A DNA stretch of 64,000 nucleotides, taken from the NCBI GenBank assembly GCA_016432525.1, contig CP066693.1:416815-480814 (forward strand), given 5' to 3'. Positions 8,855-18,934 of the stretch are shown here, in pieces. This DNA is from Candidatus Woesebacteria bacterium (GTDB lineage: Bacteria; Patescibacteriota; Microgenomatia; UBA8517). Position numbers and translations under genes: made by a program. Each line of letters begins with the position of its first letter. Positions within the stretch are counted from its first letter, which is position 1. The notes under the pieces are model-generated. The model worked only from the letters and a program-made list of their open reading frames with translations, did no database searches and was not told the origin of the DNA.

Positions 8855-9973
8855 TTAAGCAGCGAGTCTATTTCTTAAATTAATAAGAAGCGGTTCAGGG
8901 TTAACAGTTGAAGTCTGATAACAATTCCAAATTTGACTTTCCCGTGTATTTGATCTTGTAAGTTTATCAACCACTTGATCTGTGTTGTAATCCAAATAAT
9001 CTATTCCAGCTCCACCAGTTCTACTACCGTATTGAGATATCCAGCCATTTTCTTTAGTTAACACATAACAAATTGCTGTTTGCTCAAATCTATCCTCATA
9101 TACTTGTTTTTCTTGATTAAAAACTTGCTTTTTTGGTTTTTCCAAAACCCAAACTTTCATAATTACTTCATCTGTTATCTTTTGGCCATTTTTGATAAAA
9201 GAATATTTTTCATTTTTTGTTTCTGTTCCATCTTTTCCTTGAATCTCAACTACAGCCCCATCCTTTGTGTATCCTCTAAATCTTTTGGCATACATTTTAT
9301 CTCGTGGATCCTCTCTTTTATTTGGATCAAAGTCAGCTCTGATTAATTTAAATTTCCCGGCCTCTCTAAACTCATCTTCTACATATCTAGTGTCATTCCA
9401 AGTTCTTGGTTTATATTCAGCTTTTTCACTTTCGCTTTTCTCGGTTGGTGTTTCTGTCTGTTTTTCCTCTTGTTTAGGAAGTTCTTCTTGCTTCGGTCCA
9501 CTCTTTCTAATTCTGTCAAAAACACCCTCTTTTACTGCTTTTTCATCTACTGATCTAATTGCTCCATCAGCTGTCCATAATTCCACACCATCTTCTGAAC
9601 TTTTATAACCTCGAAAACTCTGAAGATACCAATGTCCATCTCTATCCATCGTGTAGCACTGACTAGTTCCAGATCCTTTTCCATCTTTTTTGATAACCCA
9701 AAAATGAGCCGCGACCTCTCTTGTCTGACCATATATATCTACATGATCCTTTTCTATCGACCCCTTAGTACTTATTTGAATATGAAGTTCTGTTCCATCC
9801 TCTAAAGTCTTGACTCTACGATCATCGAACATTCTACTTGCTCTGTTTGTTGTATCTTGTTTTTTTTCAAATCCAGCCGATGTTGAACCCCAAGCTAAAT
9901 TTGCAATATATTTATCAGCCTTTATTTTTTCAGGTGCCAATTCCTGCATCTCTCTCACCAAATCTGACGCCAT
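8855..9973 (-). CDS. Hypothetical protein with internal duplication and acidic linker
   Basis: 372-aa ORF. Two related segments (YTMDRDGHWYLQSFRGY... and AKRFRGYTKDG...) are separated by a Lys/Glu-rich low-complexity stretch. No recognisable family. Confidence 0.45.
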   Translation of the reverse strand: MASDLVREMQELAPEKIKADKYIANLAWGSTSAGFEKKQDTTNRASRMFDDRRVKTLEDGTELHIQISTKGSIEKDHVDIYGQTREVAAHFWVIKKDGKGSGTSQCYTMDRDGHWYLQSFRGYKSSEDGVELWTADGAIRSVDEKAVKEGVFDRIRKSGPKQEELPKQEEKQTETPTEKSESEKAEYKPRTWNDTRYVEDEFREAGKFKLIRADFDPNKREDPRDKMYAKRFRGYTKDGAVVEIQGKDGTETKNEKYSFIKNGQKITDEVIMKVWVLEKPKKQVFNQEKQVYEDRFEQTAICYVLTKENGWISQYGSRTGGAGIDYLDYNTDQVVDKLTRSNTRESQIWNCYQTSTVNPEPLLINLRNRLAA

Positions 9974-9998
9974 AATTTAAATATACTATAATTTACAA

Positions 9999-10574
9999 AT
10001 GACAGGAAGAACCCATGACCTTATAGGTTTTGCATCCCTAATAACTGTTGCAGTTGCCACCCCATCATTGAGTTTAAATATTGAGACCTTGGTAGTCTCA
10101 ATAGTTGGAAATGTAGTAGGATCCCTAATTCCAGATATGGACCAAGGAACCAATAAACTTTGGGATCTTTTGCCAGCTGGGAATTTTGTTGCAAAATTCG
10201 GTCGAAAAATTTTTTATAAACACAGAACTATTACTCATTCAATTCTTGGAGGATATTTGCTTTTTATTTTTTTAAAATTTATTATTCCCAAAATTTTTAA
10301 TCCAAATTTTGTTGACCCTCAAATTGTAATTATAAGTATTATGATAGGTTTCGTTGCCCACTTAGTTGCCGATAGTCTAACTCGAGAGGGTTTACCTTTA
10401 TTTTTCCCATTCAAATTCAAAATCGGTTTTCCTCCAATTGAAACTTTAAGAATTCCAACAGGCGGAATAATCGAGCACTTTATAGTTCTACCAGGAACAG
10501 CCATTTACATAATTTGGCTTTTTATTAACAATAAAGACAAAATCCTCTCAATTGCCAAACTTCTGCACAAATGA
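9999..10574 (+). CDS. Membrane-bound metal-dependent hydrolase (DUF457/YdjM-like)
   Basis: 191 aa, polytopic. N-terminus MTGRTHDLIGF and His-rich TM pattern typical of the YdjM family. Confidence 0.5.
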   Translation: MTGRTHDLIGFASLITVAVATPSLSLNIETLVVSIVGNVVGSLIPDMDQGTNKLWDLLPAGNFVAKFGRKIFYKHRTITHSILGGYLLFIFLKFIIPKIFNPNFVDPQIVIISIMIGFVAHLVADSLTREGLPLFFPFKFKIGFPPIETLRIPTGGIIEHFIVLPGTAIYIIWLFINNKDKILSIAKLLHK

Positions 10575-11716
10575 AAAAATTTGGATTCAAAATAATCAAA
10601 AAAGATGAAAAAACAAAAGCTCGATCAGCTGTTATTCATACAGCCCATGGTGATATAAAAACTCCGGCTTTTTCTCCAGTTGCAACAAAAGCCTCAGTTA
10701 AATCTCTAGACCCAAATGATATAAAACTGACTAAATCTCAAGTTGTTTTGGGAAATACTTATCATTTGTATTTGCGTCCAGGCACAAAAATAATTGATGA
10801 TTTTGGTGGTTTTGCCCCATTTATGGGTTGGTCGGGTCCTACAATTACAGATAGTGGAGGATATCAGGTTTCTTTCTTAAGAGGAGTAAAGCCAAAAATA
10901 ACAGACAAAGGAGCCACTTTTAGATCTCACATCGATGGCTCAAAACACCTCATAACTCCAGAAAGCTCTATGGAAATTCAAAAATCTTTAAATGCAGATA
11001 TAATTATGGCATTTGATCAACCTCTTCCTTCAAATGCTCCAGAAAAAAAGAAAAAGGAAGCGTTTATAAGAACCTTAAAATGGGAAGAAAGATCTTTCCT
11101 CCATTGGAAAAAAATAAAATCAACCCAAGCGCTTTTCGGAATTGTTCAAGGTGATCTTGATAAAGATCTAAGGCGTGAGTCTCTTAAATTTATCCTAGAC
11201 TTTGACTTTCCCGGTATTGCGCTCGGCGGTGAATCAATAGGTGTTAGCCCCCAAATAACTTCCCAAACTCTTGATACAATTGTTGACCTTTTGCCCGACG
11301 ATAAACCAGTCCACGCATTGGGTCTTGGTGGGGGAGTTGAAGGAATTTTAGAAAGCATAGAAAGAGGAGTTGATATTTTTGACAATACTTCTGTTACTAG
11401 GATGGCCCGAACAGGACTACTTTTTATTTATCCTGAAGATGGTGGCACAAGGCAAAATAAATTTAGGTACGATTTAACAAAATCCAAATTTAAAGATAAC
11501 AAAAATCCAATCAGTAAAGTTTGTAATTGTTACACCTGTCAAAATTTTTCTTCAAGCTATATTCATCATTTGCTGGTTTCAAATGAAATATTGGGTGCTC
11601 GCCTCGCTACTATTCACAACATCACATTTATAAATAATCTTATGGATAAAATCAGAAATTCTATTGAAAATAGTGAGTTTCAAGTTTTAAAAAGCCATTG
11701 GTTAAATCGCTCTTGA
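10571..11716 (+). CDS. tgt: Queuine tRNA-ribosyltransferase (tRNA-guanine transglycosylase)
   Basis: LGNTYHLYLRPG, catalytic DSGGYQ, zinc site CNCYTCQNFSSSYIHHL. ATGA overlap with the upstream gene. Confidence 0.9.
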   Translation: MKKFGFKIIKKDEKTKARSAVIHTAHGDIKTPAFSPVATKASVKSLDPNDIKLTKSQVVLGNTYHLYLRPGTKIIDDFGGFAPFMGWSGPTITDSGGYQVSFLRGVKPKITDKGATFRSHIDGSKHLITPESSMEIQKSLNADIIMAFDQPLPSNAPEKKKKEAFIRTLKWEERSFLHWKKIKSTQALFGIVQGDLDKDLRRESLKFILDFDFPGIALGGESIGVSPQITSQTLDTIVDLLPDDKPVHALGLGGGVEGILESIERGVDIFDNTSVTRMARTGLLFIYPEDGGTRQNKFRYDLTKSKFKDNKNPISKVCNCYTCQNFSSSYIHHLLVSNEILGARLATIHNITFINNLMDKIRNSIENSEFQVLKSHWLNRS

Positions 11717-11743
11717 CTAGCTGACTATAATATAGTTATACTC

Positions 11744-12358
11744 GTGCGATATATGGAAACACAAAATCAAGCTCAATCCCAAGCTCCACAAGTTGGTTTT
11801 CCAACACCTCAACCAAGACAAAAAAAATCCATGAATCCAATTATAATTATAATTCCTGTTTTCCTGTTAATTTTAGGAGGACTTGCTTATTTCGTATTCA
11901 AAGGAAGCTCAACAGAAGAATCATCTAGCTCTCCAACTCCAGCATCTCGAGAATTATCAACAGTTGTAACTCCATCTCCTGTTCCATCTCCGTCGCCATC
12001 CACTTCACCAGCTGACAAGGGAAGTCTTTCCTTAAGAGTTCTTAATGGAACAGGAATTCCTGGTGAAGCAGGATATCTGCAAGGAATTTTAAAAAATCTT
12101 GGATATACCAAAATTGATACTGGAAATGCAGATACCTCTGACGCAACCTCAACTACAATCGTTTATCTATCTTCAGTTCCACAAAGTTTAATTGATGAGA
12201 TGGTTACAAAACTTAAAACAGTTTATAAATCCGTTAACAGTAGATTAGCTTCAGTAAAAGGAAGCTTTGATATAGAAATCACAACAGGACCAAGAACAGG
12301 TTCAGCTACTCAAACTTCTTCTCCAGCACCAACTTCAACCCCAACAGCAGGCCAATAA
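11744..12358 (+). CDS. Membrane-anchored LytR_C (cell-envelope related) domain protein with Pro/Ser/Thr-rich linker
   Basis: N-terminal TM, PS-rich linker, then LRVLNGTGIPGEAGYLQGILKNLGY typical of the LytR C-terminal domain. Confidence 0.5.
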   Translation: MRYMETQNQAQSQAPQVGFPTPQPRQKKSMNPIIIIIPVFLLILGGLAYFVFKGSSTEESSSSPTPASRELSTVVTPSPVPSPSPSTSPADKGSLSLRVLNGTGIPGEAGYLQGILKNLGYTKIDTGNADTSDATSTTIVYLSSVPQSLIDEMVTKLKTVYKSVNSRLASVKGSFDIEITTGPRTGSATQTSSPAPTSTPTAGQ

Positions 12359-12359
12359 A

Positions 12360-12791
12360 CTAAACTCTTAAAACAAAAGTTTTAACAATTCTTCTTCCGT
12401 CTTTCAGATTAATTGTTACAACAAGTCTCGCATTTGTAATTCCCGAGTCAAATCTACAAACTCCGTGCGAGCATGTTCCAAAAATTAAATCACGTTCAGT
12501 ATCAGTAGAAGTATCAAGGATCGTGCCATTTGCTCCTTGTGTTGTTCCTCGACTCACATAACTTAAAGCATAAGAGACAGAAGAAGCCTGCGAAAGATTC
12601 GAAAAGCTCATAATTATTCCAAGTCTGTCAGCTCTGAACCGTACTTTGGAAACAACACTACCGGTAGTAGAGGCTGTACTAGTACTGTTACTAGTTGATT
12701 TAAAATAAGGTAAAACTTTTTTAGCATAAGTTGGAGTTGTTGCCAAAACTAGGAATATAAAAATAAACAAAAATAAAATCTTAGTTTTCAT
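12360..12791 (-). CDS. Secreted hypothetical protein
   Basis: 143 aa with a signal peptide (MKTKILFLFIFIFLVLATTPTYA). Confidence 0.4.
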   Translation of the reverse strand: MKTKILFLFIFIFLVLATTPTYAKKVLPYFKSTSNSTSTASTTGSVVSKVRFRADRLGIIMSFSNLSQASSVSYALSYVSRGTTQGANGTILDTSTDTERDLIFGTCSHGVCRFDSGITNARLVVTINLKDGRRIVKTFVLRV

Positions 12792-12824
12792 AATTTAACA
12801 AATGATATACTTAAAATAAATGCC

Positions 12825-13412
12825 ATGTCAAAGATAAAACTCCTAAGTCTTGTCTTAGTTTTTTTAGCGATTTTAGCTCTTGTAACTGTTGTTGCTATTA
12901 ATTTCCTGAAAAATAAAAACCAAAATAATCCAGATAATTCAAGGCAGTCAAACTTGTCTGCTCCACAAGAGCCAACTAAGGCAGTAATTTCGACAGAAGT
13001 TTATCAAGATTCCTCCGGTTTTTCTTTTAAATATCCCAAAGAAGTTACAGTTTCCGATATAACCCCAAACGACAACACATATTATTCAAAACTTTCCCTC
13101 AAAAAAGATTCAAGTCAGTTAACATTCTCAGTATACGATTCGCAAGACAATCCTTATAAATCCGATACTTTAATTGGGGCAACAACTCTAGATACTATTG
13201 CTATAAACCAATATGAAATAAATGGTAAGTTAATTTCAGCTGGATTAGATAAACAAATTCTTTATGTCATCGAGGGTCCTAAGGATGGCGGATACTGGGA
13301 AGATATACAAAATAATTTAATTTCCTCATTCCAATTAGGCTTGTCAAGGCAACAACCACAAACGGCCGCTGATACAAATACAACTTACGAAACTGAAGAA
13401 GTAATTAACTAG
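12825..13412 (+). CDS. Membrane-anchored hypothetical protein
   Basis: 195 aa with an N-terminal TM. No known motifs. Confidence 0.4.
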   Translation: MSKIKLLSLVLVFLAILALVTVVAINFLKNKNQNNPDNSRQSNLSAPQEPTKAVISTEVYQDSSGFSFKYPKEVTVSDITPNDNTYYSKLSLKKDSSQLTFSVYDSQDNPYKSDTLIGATTLDTIAINQYEINGKLISAGLDKQILYVIEGPKDGGYWEDIQNNLISSFQLGLSRQQPQTAADTNTTYETEEVIN

Positions 13413-13448
13413 TTGACATCATAATCTTTATGTCTTTAAAATAATAAA

Positions 13449-14324
13449 ATGCAAACGCTAGCTGCCATTTTTGTATCAATTATTACTTTTGCAAATACTC
13501 TTGCTCCAACTGCAAACCTTCCAAAAGTTTTAGGAGTTCAAATTGCCGAAAAAGGTTCTGATAGCTCAGAGTCAACTTCAGGTTCATCAAATAGCGGCTC
13601 TACTAGTACAAATAACGACTCAAGAGGAGGCGATTCACATGAATCCAGCAACTCACAAGTAAACACACAACTTTTAAGAAAAGTTGAAGGTACAAAAGAA
13701 ATAAAAGATATAAGAGATGATTTTAAATCAAAAATGATGGAATTGGAACAAGAACATAAAGCTTCACAATCAGCATTTTTGGAAAAAAGAAAGGAAATCG
13801 AAACTGAATTTAAAAACAAACTTGAAACAATTAAAGACGAACACAAAAAAGAAGTAGTAACAACTATTGATCAAAACATTTCAAATCACAATCAAAACTG
13901 GGCTCAACATTGGGATGAAGTTCTTACAAGGCTTACAAATATCTTAGACAAAATAAAATCTCGCCGAGATAAAGCACAAGCAGCAGGAAATGATGTTACT
14001 TCTGTAAACGCAGCCATAGTAAATGCAGAATCAGCTATCGCAGCAGCTCAAGCATCTATTAATAATCAGTCAACCAAAACCTATTCGATAAACATAACAA
14101 CAGATGACAAATTAGGTCCAGCAGTAAGCTCGACTGTTCAAAGTTTTAAAACAGATGTAAAGTCAGTTATTGACGCAATAAATGCAGCCAGACGCGCAAT
14201 TCAGGACGCTATAAAAGCCCTCCAAACAATAAAGAGAGTAGATGAAGATGAGGGAGTTCCTACGCCATCAGCAATACCAACAACAAGTCCATCATCAAGC
14301 CCGTCAGCGTCGCCAGCTGTTTAA
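13449..14324 (+). CDS. Secreted coiled-coil hypothetical protein with Ser/Pro-rich tail
   Basis: 291 aa with a signal peptide, Ser-rich region, heptad-like charged segments, and C-terminal PSAIPTTSPSSSPSASP. Confidence 0.4.
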   Translation: MQTLAAIFVSIITFANTLAPTANLPKVLGVQIAEKGSDSSESTSGSSNSGSTSTNNDSRGGDSHESSNSQVNTQLLRKVEGTKEIKDIRDDFKSKMMELEQEHKASQSAFLEKRKEIETEFKNKLETIKDEHKKEVVTTIDQNISNHNQNWAQHWDEVLTRLTNILDKIKSRRDKAQAAGNDVTSVNAAIVNAESAIAAAQASINNQSTKTYSINITTDDKLGPAVSSTVQSFKTDVKSVIDAINAARRAIQDAIKALQTIKRVDEDEGVPTPSAIPTTSPSSSPSASPAV

Positions 14325-14330
14325 TAAATT

Positions 14331-14624
14331 ATGAAACAAAATAAAAACAACGAAGGAATAACCCATATAATAATTATGCTCTTACTGGGAGCAGTAGCAC
14401 TTATTATAGTTGCCTCAGCAGGGGCTTATTACTTCTTGAAATTGAGAGGTCAACAATACATTCCCACGCAACCAGTTCAAACTTATAATTACGCATCCCC
14501 AACTCCAGTTCCTATTTCAAAATCTGACATAACCACAGACATTCAAAAAGATCTAAACACAACAACAGTAAATCCAGTAGATAGTAGTCTAAATCAACTA
14601 GATGCCGCTTCAAAGTCTTTATGA
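14331..14624 (+). CDS. Small membrane protein
   Basis: 97 aa with a single TM. Confidence 0.35.
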   Translation: MKQNKNNEGITHIIIMLLLGAVALIIVASAGAYYFLKLRGQQYIPTQPVQTYNYASPTPVPISKSDITTDIQKDLNTTTVNPVDSSLNQLDAASKSL

Positions 14625-14636
14625 TAGGATAAAAGT

Positions 14637-15086
14637 GTGAATCCTGTCGATCTAATTACCAAGACTTTTCAGTTTAAAATTGGAAACACAACTTTTCAGC
14701 CCGCCTACTGGCACGCTATTTCAATCGTTTTTCTGCTTTTTCTTTTGATAATTACCATGGCACAAGTCAGGCGCCATTTTATGGACTACTCACTGCGTGG
14801 TGGAGTTGTCGGAGTACTTTTGGGTTTTGCACTAGCATTGGTAATCGAAGGGTTTATGATTCTTGGAGGTCACACAATTCTCACCAATGTTTTAGGTTGG
14901 AAAAACGCTCCAAAGCCTATTTCAAATGCCTTAGATGCAGGAAAATCAAAATTGGTAGATGTATTAGGTACACAAACATCACCTCAACCAAAAGAAAAAT
15001 TATCCCAGGATCAAATTATTGAAAGCTATCAATCTTTAAATCCAGATATTCAAAGAACCATCCGCTCAACCATCTGTTCCCCATAA
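14637..15086 (+). CDS. Membrane hypothetical protein
   Basis: 149 aa with two TM helices. Confidence 0.4.
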   Translation: MNPVDLITKTFQFKIGNTTFQPAYWHAISIVFLLFLLIITMAQVRRHFMDYSLRGGVVGVLLGFALALVIEGFMILGGHTILTNVLGWKNAPKPISNALDAGKSKLVDVLGTQTSPQPKEKLSQDQIIESYQSLNPDIQRTIRSTICSP

Positions 15087-15133
15087 AAAAAGCGCCAACT
15101 TTTTATTTGTTAGCGCTTCAGCCAGATCAATTT

Positions 15134-15706
15134 CTACATAGTCAAGGGTACTATTCCATATTTTCCTAGAATTTGATCTATATCTAAAAGAACCGATTCA
15201 ACACTCCCTTTGTTTTTAATCCGAAATTCAGATGCCTCAATGATGGTTTGCAAGCCAATCTCACTCAAGAATTTGTCTCGAAATGTTAGTTCTACTTCAG
15301 CTTCTTCAAGTGATGCTCCCATACGTCCCATCATTCGTTTAACTCTCTCCTCACTCTCTGCCGATATAGCAATGGTTATTATCCGAGCATTAGGAAGAGA
15401 TGAGTTGAGTATTGCGTGCATTCGTGGCCCGTAGCTGACATCAATGATTACTCCTTTGCTATTGGTTAATGCTTGTATCCGCCGAACTGTCTCAACTGTT
15501 GTTTCACTAACAAAAACTTCATTGCCAACATCCGCAAGCCAATAACGAGTACGTTTAAAACCTTTTGTCATAGCAATCTCACGATAAATCACATACTGTT
15601 CCATAAGATCAAATCCGTAACGATCAATCAACCTTTTAGAAACAGTTGATTTGCCTGAACAACTGTACCCAGCAAAAATTATTAATGGCAACATTTGAGC
15701 GACCAT
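15134..15706 (-). CDS. P-loop NTPase / nucleotide kinase-like protein
   Basis: Walker A GYSCSGKST near the N-terminus. 190 aa. GC visibly higher than surrounding genes. Confidence 0.5.
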   Translation of the reverse strand: MVAQMLPLIIFAGYSCSGKSTVSKRLIDRYGFDLMEQYVIYREIAMTKGFKRTRYWLADVGNEVFVSETTVETVRRIQALTNSKGVIIDVSYGPRMHAILNSSLPNARIITIAISAESEERVKRMMGRMGASLEEAEVELTFRDKFLSEIGLQTIIEASEFRIKNKGSVESVLLDIDQILGKYGIVPLTM

Positions 15707-15709
15707 TGA

Positions 15710-16654
15710 TTATCTATCCTTTCTGATTCGTACGTACTCAGTTATTCCTGGTAGTGTATGCAAAAATCCATCGTAGTATTTCGCGATTGCAGCCCAGCGC
15801 AAATAAGTTGCCCCGAAATTGTCATGCTTCTCATTCACCCTTGAACGCATCAGATTTGCTCTCAAGATTCTCACAGACAAACGAGTTTTGTCAGGGAACA
15901 AAACCATAGGATATCCTTCATAGGTTTCAGGCATATCCATACGGGATAAAGTCTCCACATAAGAAGCATTTCCGTATTTAACAAAACCTTCAACTCTTGA
16001 AGGAGAAACCTTGGCAAAACGTTGTATCTGAGAACCGTATTGCGTGTTTATTACAAAGTATATGATCGTTTCTTCCTTGTTACCAAAACTGCCCCATATC
16101 CAATCAGATACAAAATCTTGGATCGGAATATTTCCCCATTGATGATCATGATATACGCTCCCTTTGAGTATATGTTTTATGCCATTAGCTTCAAACAAAG
16201 CTTTAAACTTACCAAAAGGCACATCTACCACCCAAAGACTTTGTCTCTGAGTTAGGCTATCTTCATAGAGAATTCCATCGTTCAGTATTAAAGGCTGAGA
16301 CAACTTCTCAATTTCAACTTTAAAGATCTCTCCTGATGTGAAATTTAAGGAGATCGTTATTCCTTTCTCTGTTTCAAAAAATGATCGATCTGAGACCTTT
16401 AGATAATAAAAATTTCTACCTATAACAACCTGGTCCATATCCTTTCTGTAGTATTTAGGTTGACTATCAAGAAATTGAACTGCCATAGATACATAAGGAA
16501 TTTTCCTCAAACCAAAGATGTCTGTCTCATGCAAAATCAGGTTTGCAGCAAATCCATTATCAGCAACAAAATGGAAATACCACCACTCAAAATATCCAGA
16601 AATATCCGACCGATGTGAACCATTCACAAACGTACTCATGGAGTATCCTTTCAA
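15710..16654 (-). CDS. CrtC/AttH-like lipocalin-fold hydrolase/hydratase family protein (tentative)
   Basis: EWWYFHF motif near the N-terminus, reminiscent of the hydroxyneurosporene synthase/AttH family. Higher GC, like its neighbour. Confidence 0.35.
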   Translation of the reverse strand: MKGYSMSTFVNGSHRSDISGYFEWWYFHFVADNGFAANLILHETDIFGLRKIPYVSMAVQFLDSQPKYYRKDMDQVVIGRNFYYLKVSDRSFFETEKGITISLNFTSGEIFKVEIEKLSQPLILNDGILYEDSLTQRQSLWVVDVPFGKFKALFEANGIKHILKGSVYHDHQWGNIPIQDFVSDWIWGSFGNKEETIIYFVINTQYGSQIQRFAKVSPSRVEGFVKYGNASYVETLSRMDMPETYEGYPMVLFPDKTRLSVRILRANLMRSRVNEKHDNFGATYLRWAAIAKYYDGFLHTLPGITEYVRIRKDR

Positions 16655-16704
16655 AGAGCTATATGTTATACTTAATCAAACTATAAGCCATTATAACAAA
16701 GAAT

Positions 16705-17109
16705 ATGACTATTGACAAAATATTATTAATCGCAACATCAGTTATCCAAAACGATAAGAAGGCACTTTTACTTCAAAGAGGAGAAGAAAGCTCATATTCT
16801 AACCATTGGCAACTTCCTGAAGGAAAACTTGAAGAAGGAGAAACTCCAAACAAAGCTCTAAAAAGAGAGATCAAAGAAGAAATTGGAGGCGAAATAAGTA
16901 GTCTAAAATTTCAAACAGTATTTTATAATGATCTTGAAGCAAAAGGGCTCCAATATTTAGCAATAAGAGCAGTCTTCAAAGCAAAACTTAAATCAAACAA
17001 GATTATATTAAGTAAAGAACATAAAAATTATGGTTGGTATTCCAAAAAAGAAGCTCTAAATCTTCCTTTACTTCCTGGAACAAAAGAAATCTTGGTTAAA
17101 TTACTTTAA
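16705..17109 (+). CDS. NUDIX hydrolase
   Basis: Nudix box GKLEEGETPNKALKREIKEEIGGE. Confidence 0.8.
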   Translation: MTIDKILLIATSVIQNDKKALLLQRGEESSYSNHWQLPEGKLEEGETPNKALKREIKEEIGGEISSLKFQTVFYNDLEAKGLQYLAIRAVFKAKLKSNKIILSKEHKNYGWYSKKEALNLPLLPGTKEILVKLL

Positions 17110-17147
17110 AATTTCTTCTTTTAAATCCTTTCAGTTAAAATACCTAT

Positions 17148-18200
17148 ATGTACGAAACAAAAAAAAGAATTCAAGATTTACGACAAAAATTTGAATCTTT
17201 CAAAAAAACTATTGATTTAGAAGCAAAACAAACTGAGTTTAACTCTCTTCAGGCAAAGTCAGCTGATTCTGATCTTTGGGCCAATCCCGATAACGCCAAA
17301 AAATTAATGCAAAACTTATCTGATGTCAAAAACGAACTTGAAGAAATAAAATCTCTTAATGAAGACATTTCAATTCTTGAAGAGTTACCCCTAGATGAAA
17401 AGGAAATCAAAAAGCTCGAAGAAAGGCTCGAAAAACTAACTTTAAAAACTTATTTGAATTCTCCCTATGATAAAAAAAATGCAATTTTATCAGTTCACGC
17501 AGGCCAGGGTGGAACAGAGGCGATGGATTGGACCAGTATGCTTTTTAGGATGTATGTGAGATATTGTGAAAAAGTTGGCTACAAAACTGAAATCTTAGAT
17601 GAAACAAGAGGCGAAGAGGCAGGATTCAAAAGTATAACCATAAAAGTAGAGGATTCATATGCATATGGTTACTTAAAAGGCGAATCAGGAACACACAGGC
17701 TTGTTCGTCAATCTCCATTCAATGCTGATAATTTAAGACAAACCTCTTTTGCTTCCGTCGAAGTTCTCCCAGAGTTTGAAGAAGTTGATCTTCCTGATAT
17801 TCAAATAAAAGATGAAGATTTGGATTGGCAGTTTTTCAGAGCCGGCTCTCAAGGAGGCCAAAATGTCAATAAAGTTTCAACAGCAGTCAGGCTCACTCAT
17901 AAACCAACTGGAATAGTTGTAACGGCCCAAACCGAAAGATTTCAGGAGCAAAATAGAAAAATTGCCTTAAATTTACTTCGTTCAAAGCTTTGGTTGCGTT
18001 CGCAAGAATTGCAAAAACAAGAAAAGAAAAACATAAAAGGCGAATACAAACCGGCTTCATGGGGAACCCAAATCCGCTCATATGTCTTACATCCTTACAA
18101 AATGGTCAAAGATTTAAGAACTCAAGTTGAAACTTCAGATACAACTAAAGTCTTAGATGGCGATTTAACTGAATTTATAGAAGCCGAACTCAAAATCTGA
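17148..18200 (+). CDS. prfB: Peptide chain release factor 2
   Basis: SPF tripeptide (RQSPFNA) and GGQ motif (SQGGQNVNKVSTAVRLTH). Single uninterrupted ORF with no frameshift site. Confidence 0.85.
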   Translation: MYETKKRIQDLRQKFESFKKTIDLEAKQTEFNSLQAKSADSDLWANPDNAKKLMQNLSDVKNELEEIKSLNEDISILEELPLDEKEIKKLEERLEKLTLKTYLNSPYDKKNAILSVHAGQGGTEAMDWTSMLFRMYVRYCEKVGYKTEILDETRGEEAGFKSITIKVEDSYAYGYLKGESGTHRLVRQSPFNADNLRQTSFASVEVLPEFEEVDLPDIQIKDEDLDWQFFRAGSQGGQNVNKVSTAVRLTHKPTGIVVTAQTERFQEQNRKIALNLLRSKLWLRSQELQKQEKKNIKGEYKPASWGTQIRSYVLHPYKMVKDLRTQVETSDTTKVLDGDLTEFIEAELKI

Positions 18201-18891
18201 ATGAACTTGCCAGTTTTTCCCACTGTTTTGCTCTAATCTTCAAATCAGGGTTACTATCAATTATTTCTTTTGCTTTCTCTAAATGTTCTTTAGCCTTCTC
18301 AGGGTCATCAGTTTTTAAAATCTCAGCCAAACTCATGTGAGCACCAGATATCCAAACATCTTTGTTGTATTTTGGCTCATCTGATTGCTCCAAATCATTT
18401 AAAGCGGTTAAAATTCTCTCTAAAGCTGTTTTATCGCCATTTTTATAGCTACATACTTCCATATGAATTTTCATATCAGCCAAAACACCAGGCCTATTAT
18501 GAAGCTTTGGAGGATTTGAAATCATATTTTCAACTGTCTCTTTATAAAAAGATAAAGCCTCTGGCAACTCTCCCAAATCATCATAAACCTTAGAAAGATT
18601 ATATGTAGGCAGAGCAATCGCAGTTTTGTCTCCGCTTTGTTTGGCTATTTGAACTGCAGAAGTCGCAAAAGATTTTCCAAAGACTAACCAATTCCTATCT
18701 TCAGTTTCCTGCCAAAGATGTCTACAAGAAAGTGTTGCCGATCCCAGTGCCTCAGAAGCACCAAGTAAATCTTTATCTTCAAGATATATTTTAAATGCAT
18801 CAACGCAAAGCTTTATCGCACCAATTGGATCTCCATCTTCTCTTGCGTGCTCAGCCTTTCCGTGAACATCACGTCCCCCCTCACTTTGCAT
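18190..18891 (-). CDS. TPR-like helical repeat protein
   Basis: 233 aa with helical repeats bearing TPR-like A/Y/L positions. Confidence 0.4.
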   Translation of the reverse strand: MQSEGGRDVHGKAEHAREDGDPIGAIKLCVDAFKIYLEDKDLLGASEALGSATLSCRHLWQETEDRNWLVFGKSFATSAVQIAKQSGDKTAIALPTYNLSKVYDDLGELPEALSFYKETVENMISNPPKLHNRPGVLADMKIHMEVCSYKNGDKTALERILTALNDLEQSDEPKYNKDVWISGAHMSLAEILKTDDPEKAKEHLEKAKEIIDSNPDLKIRAKQWEKLASSFRF

Positions 18892-18934
18892 AAGCTATTT
18901 TACCACACCTTGCTTTTTATGTTATATTGTATTT

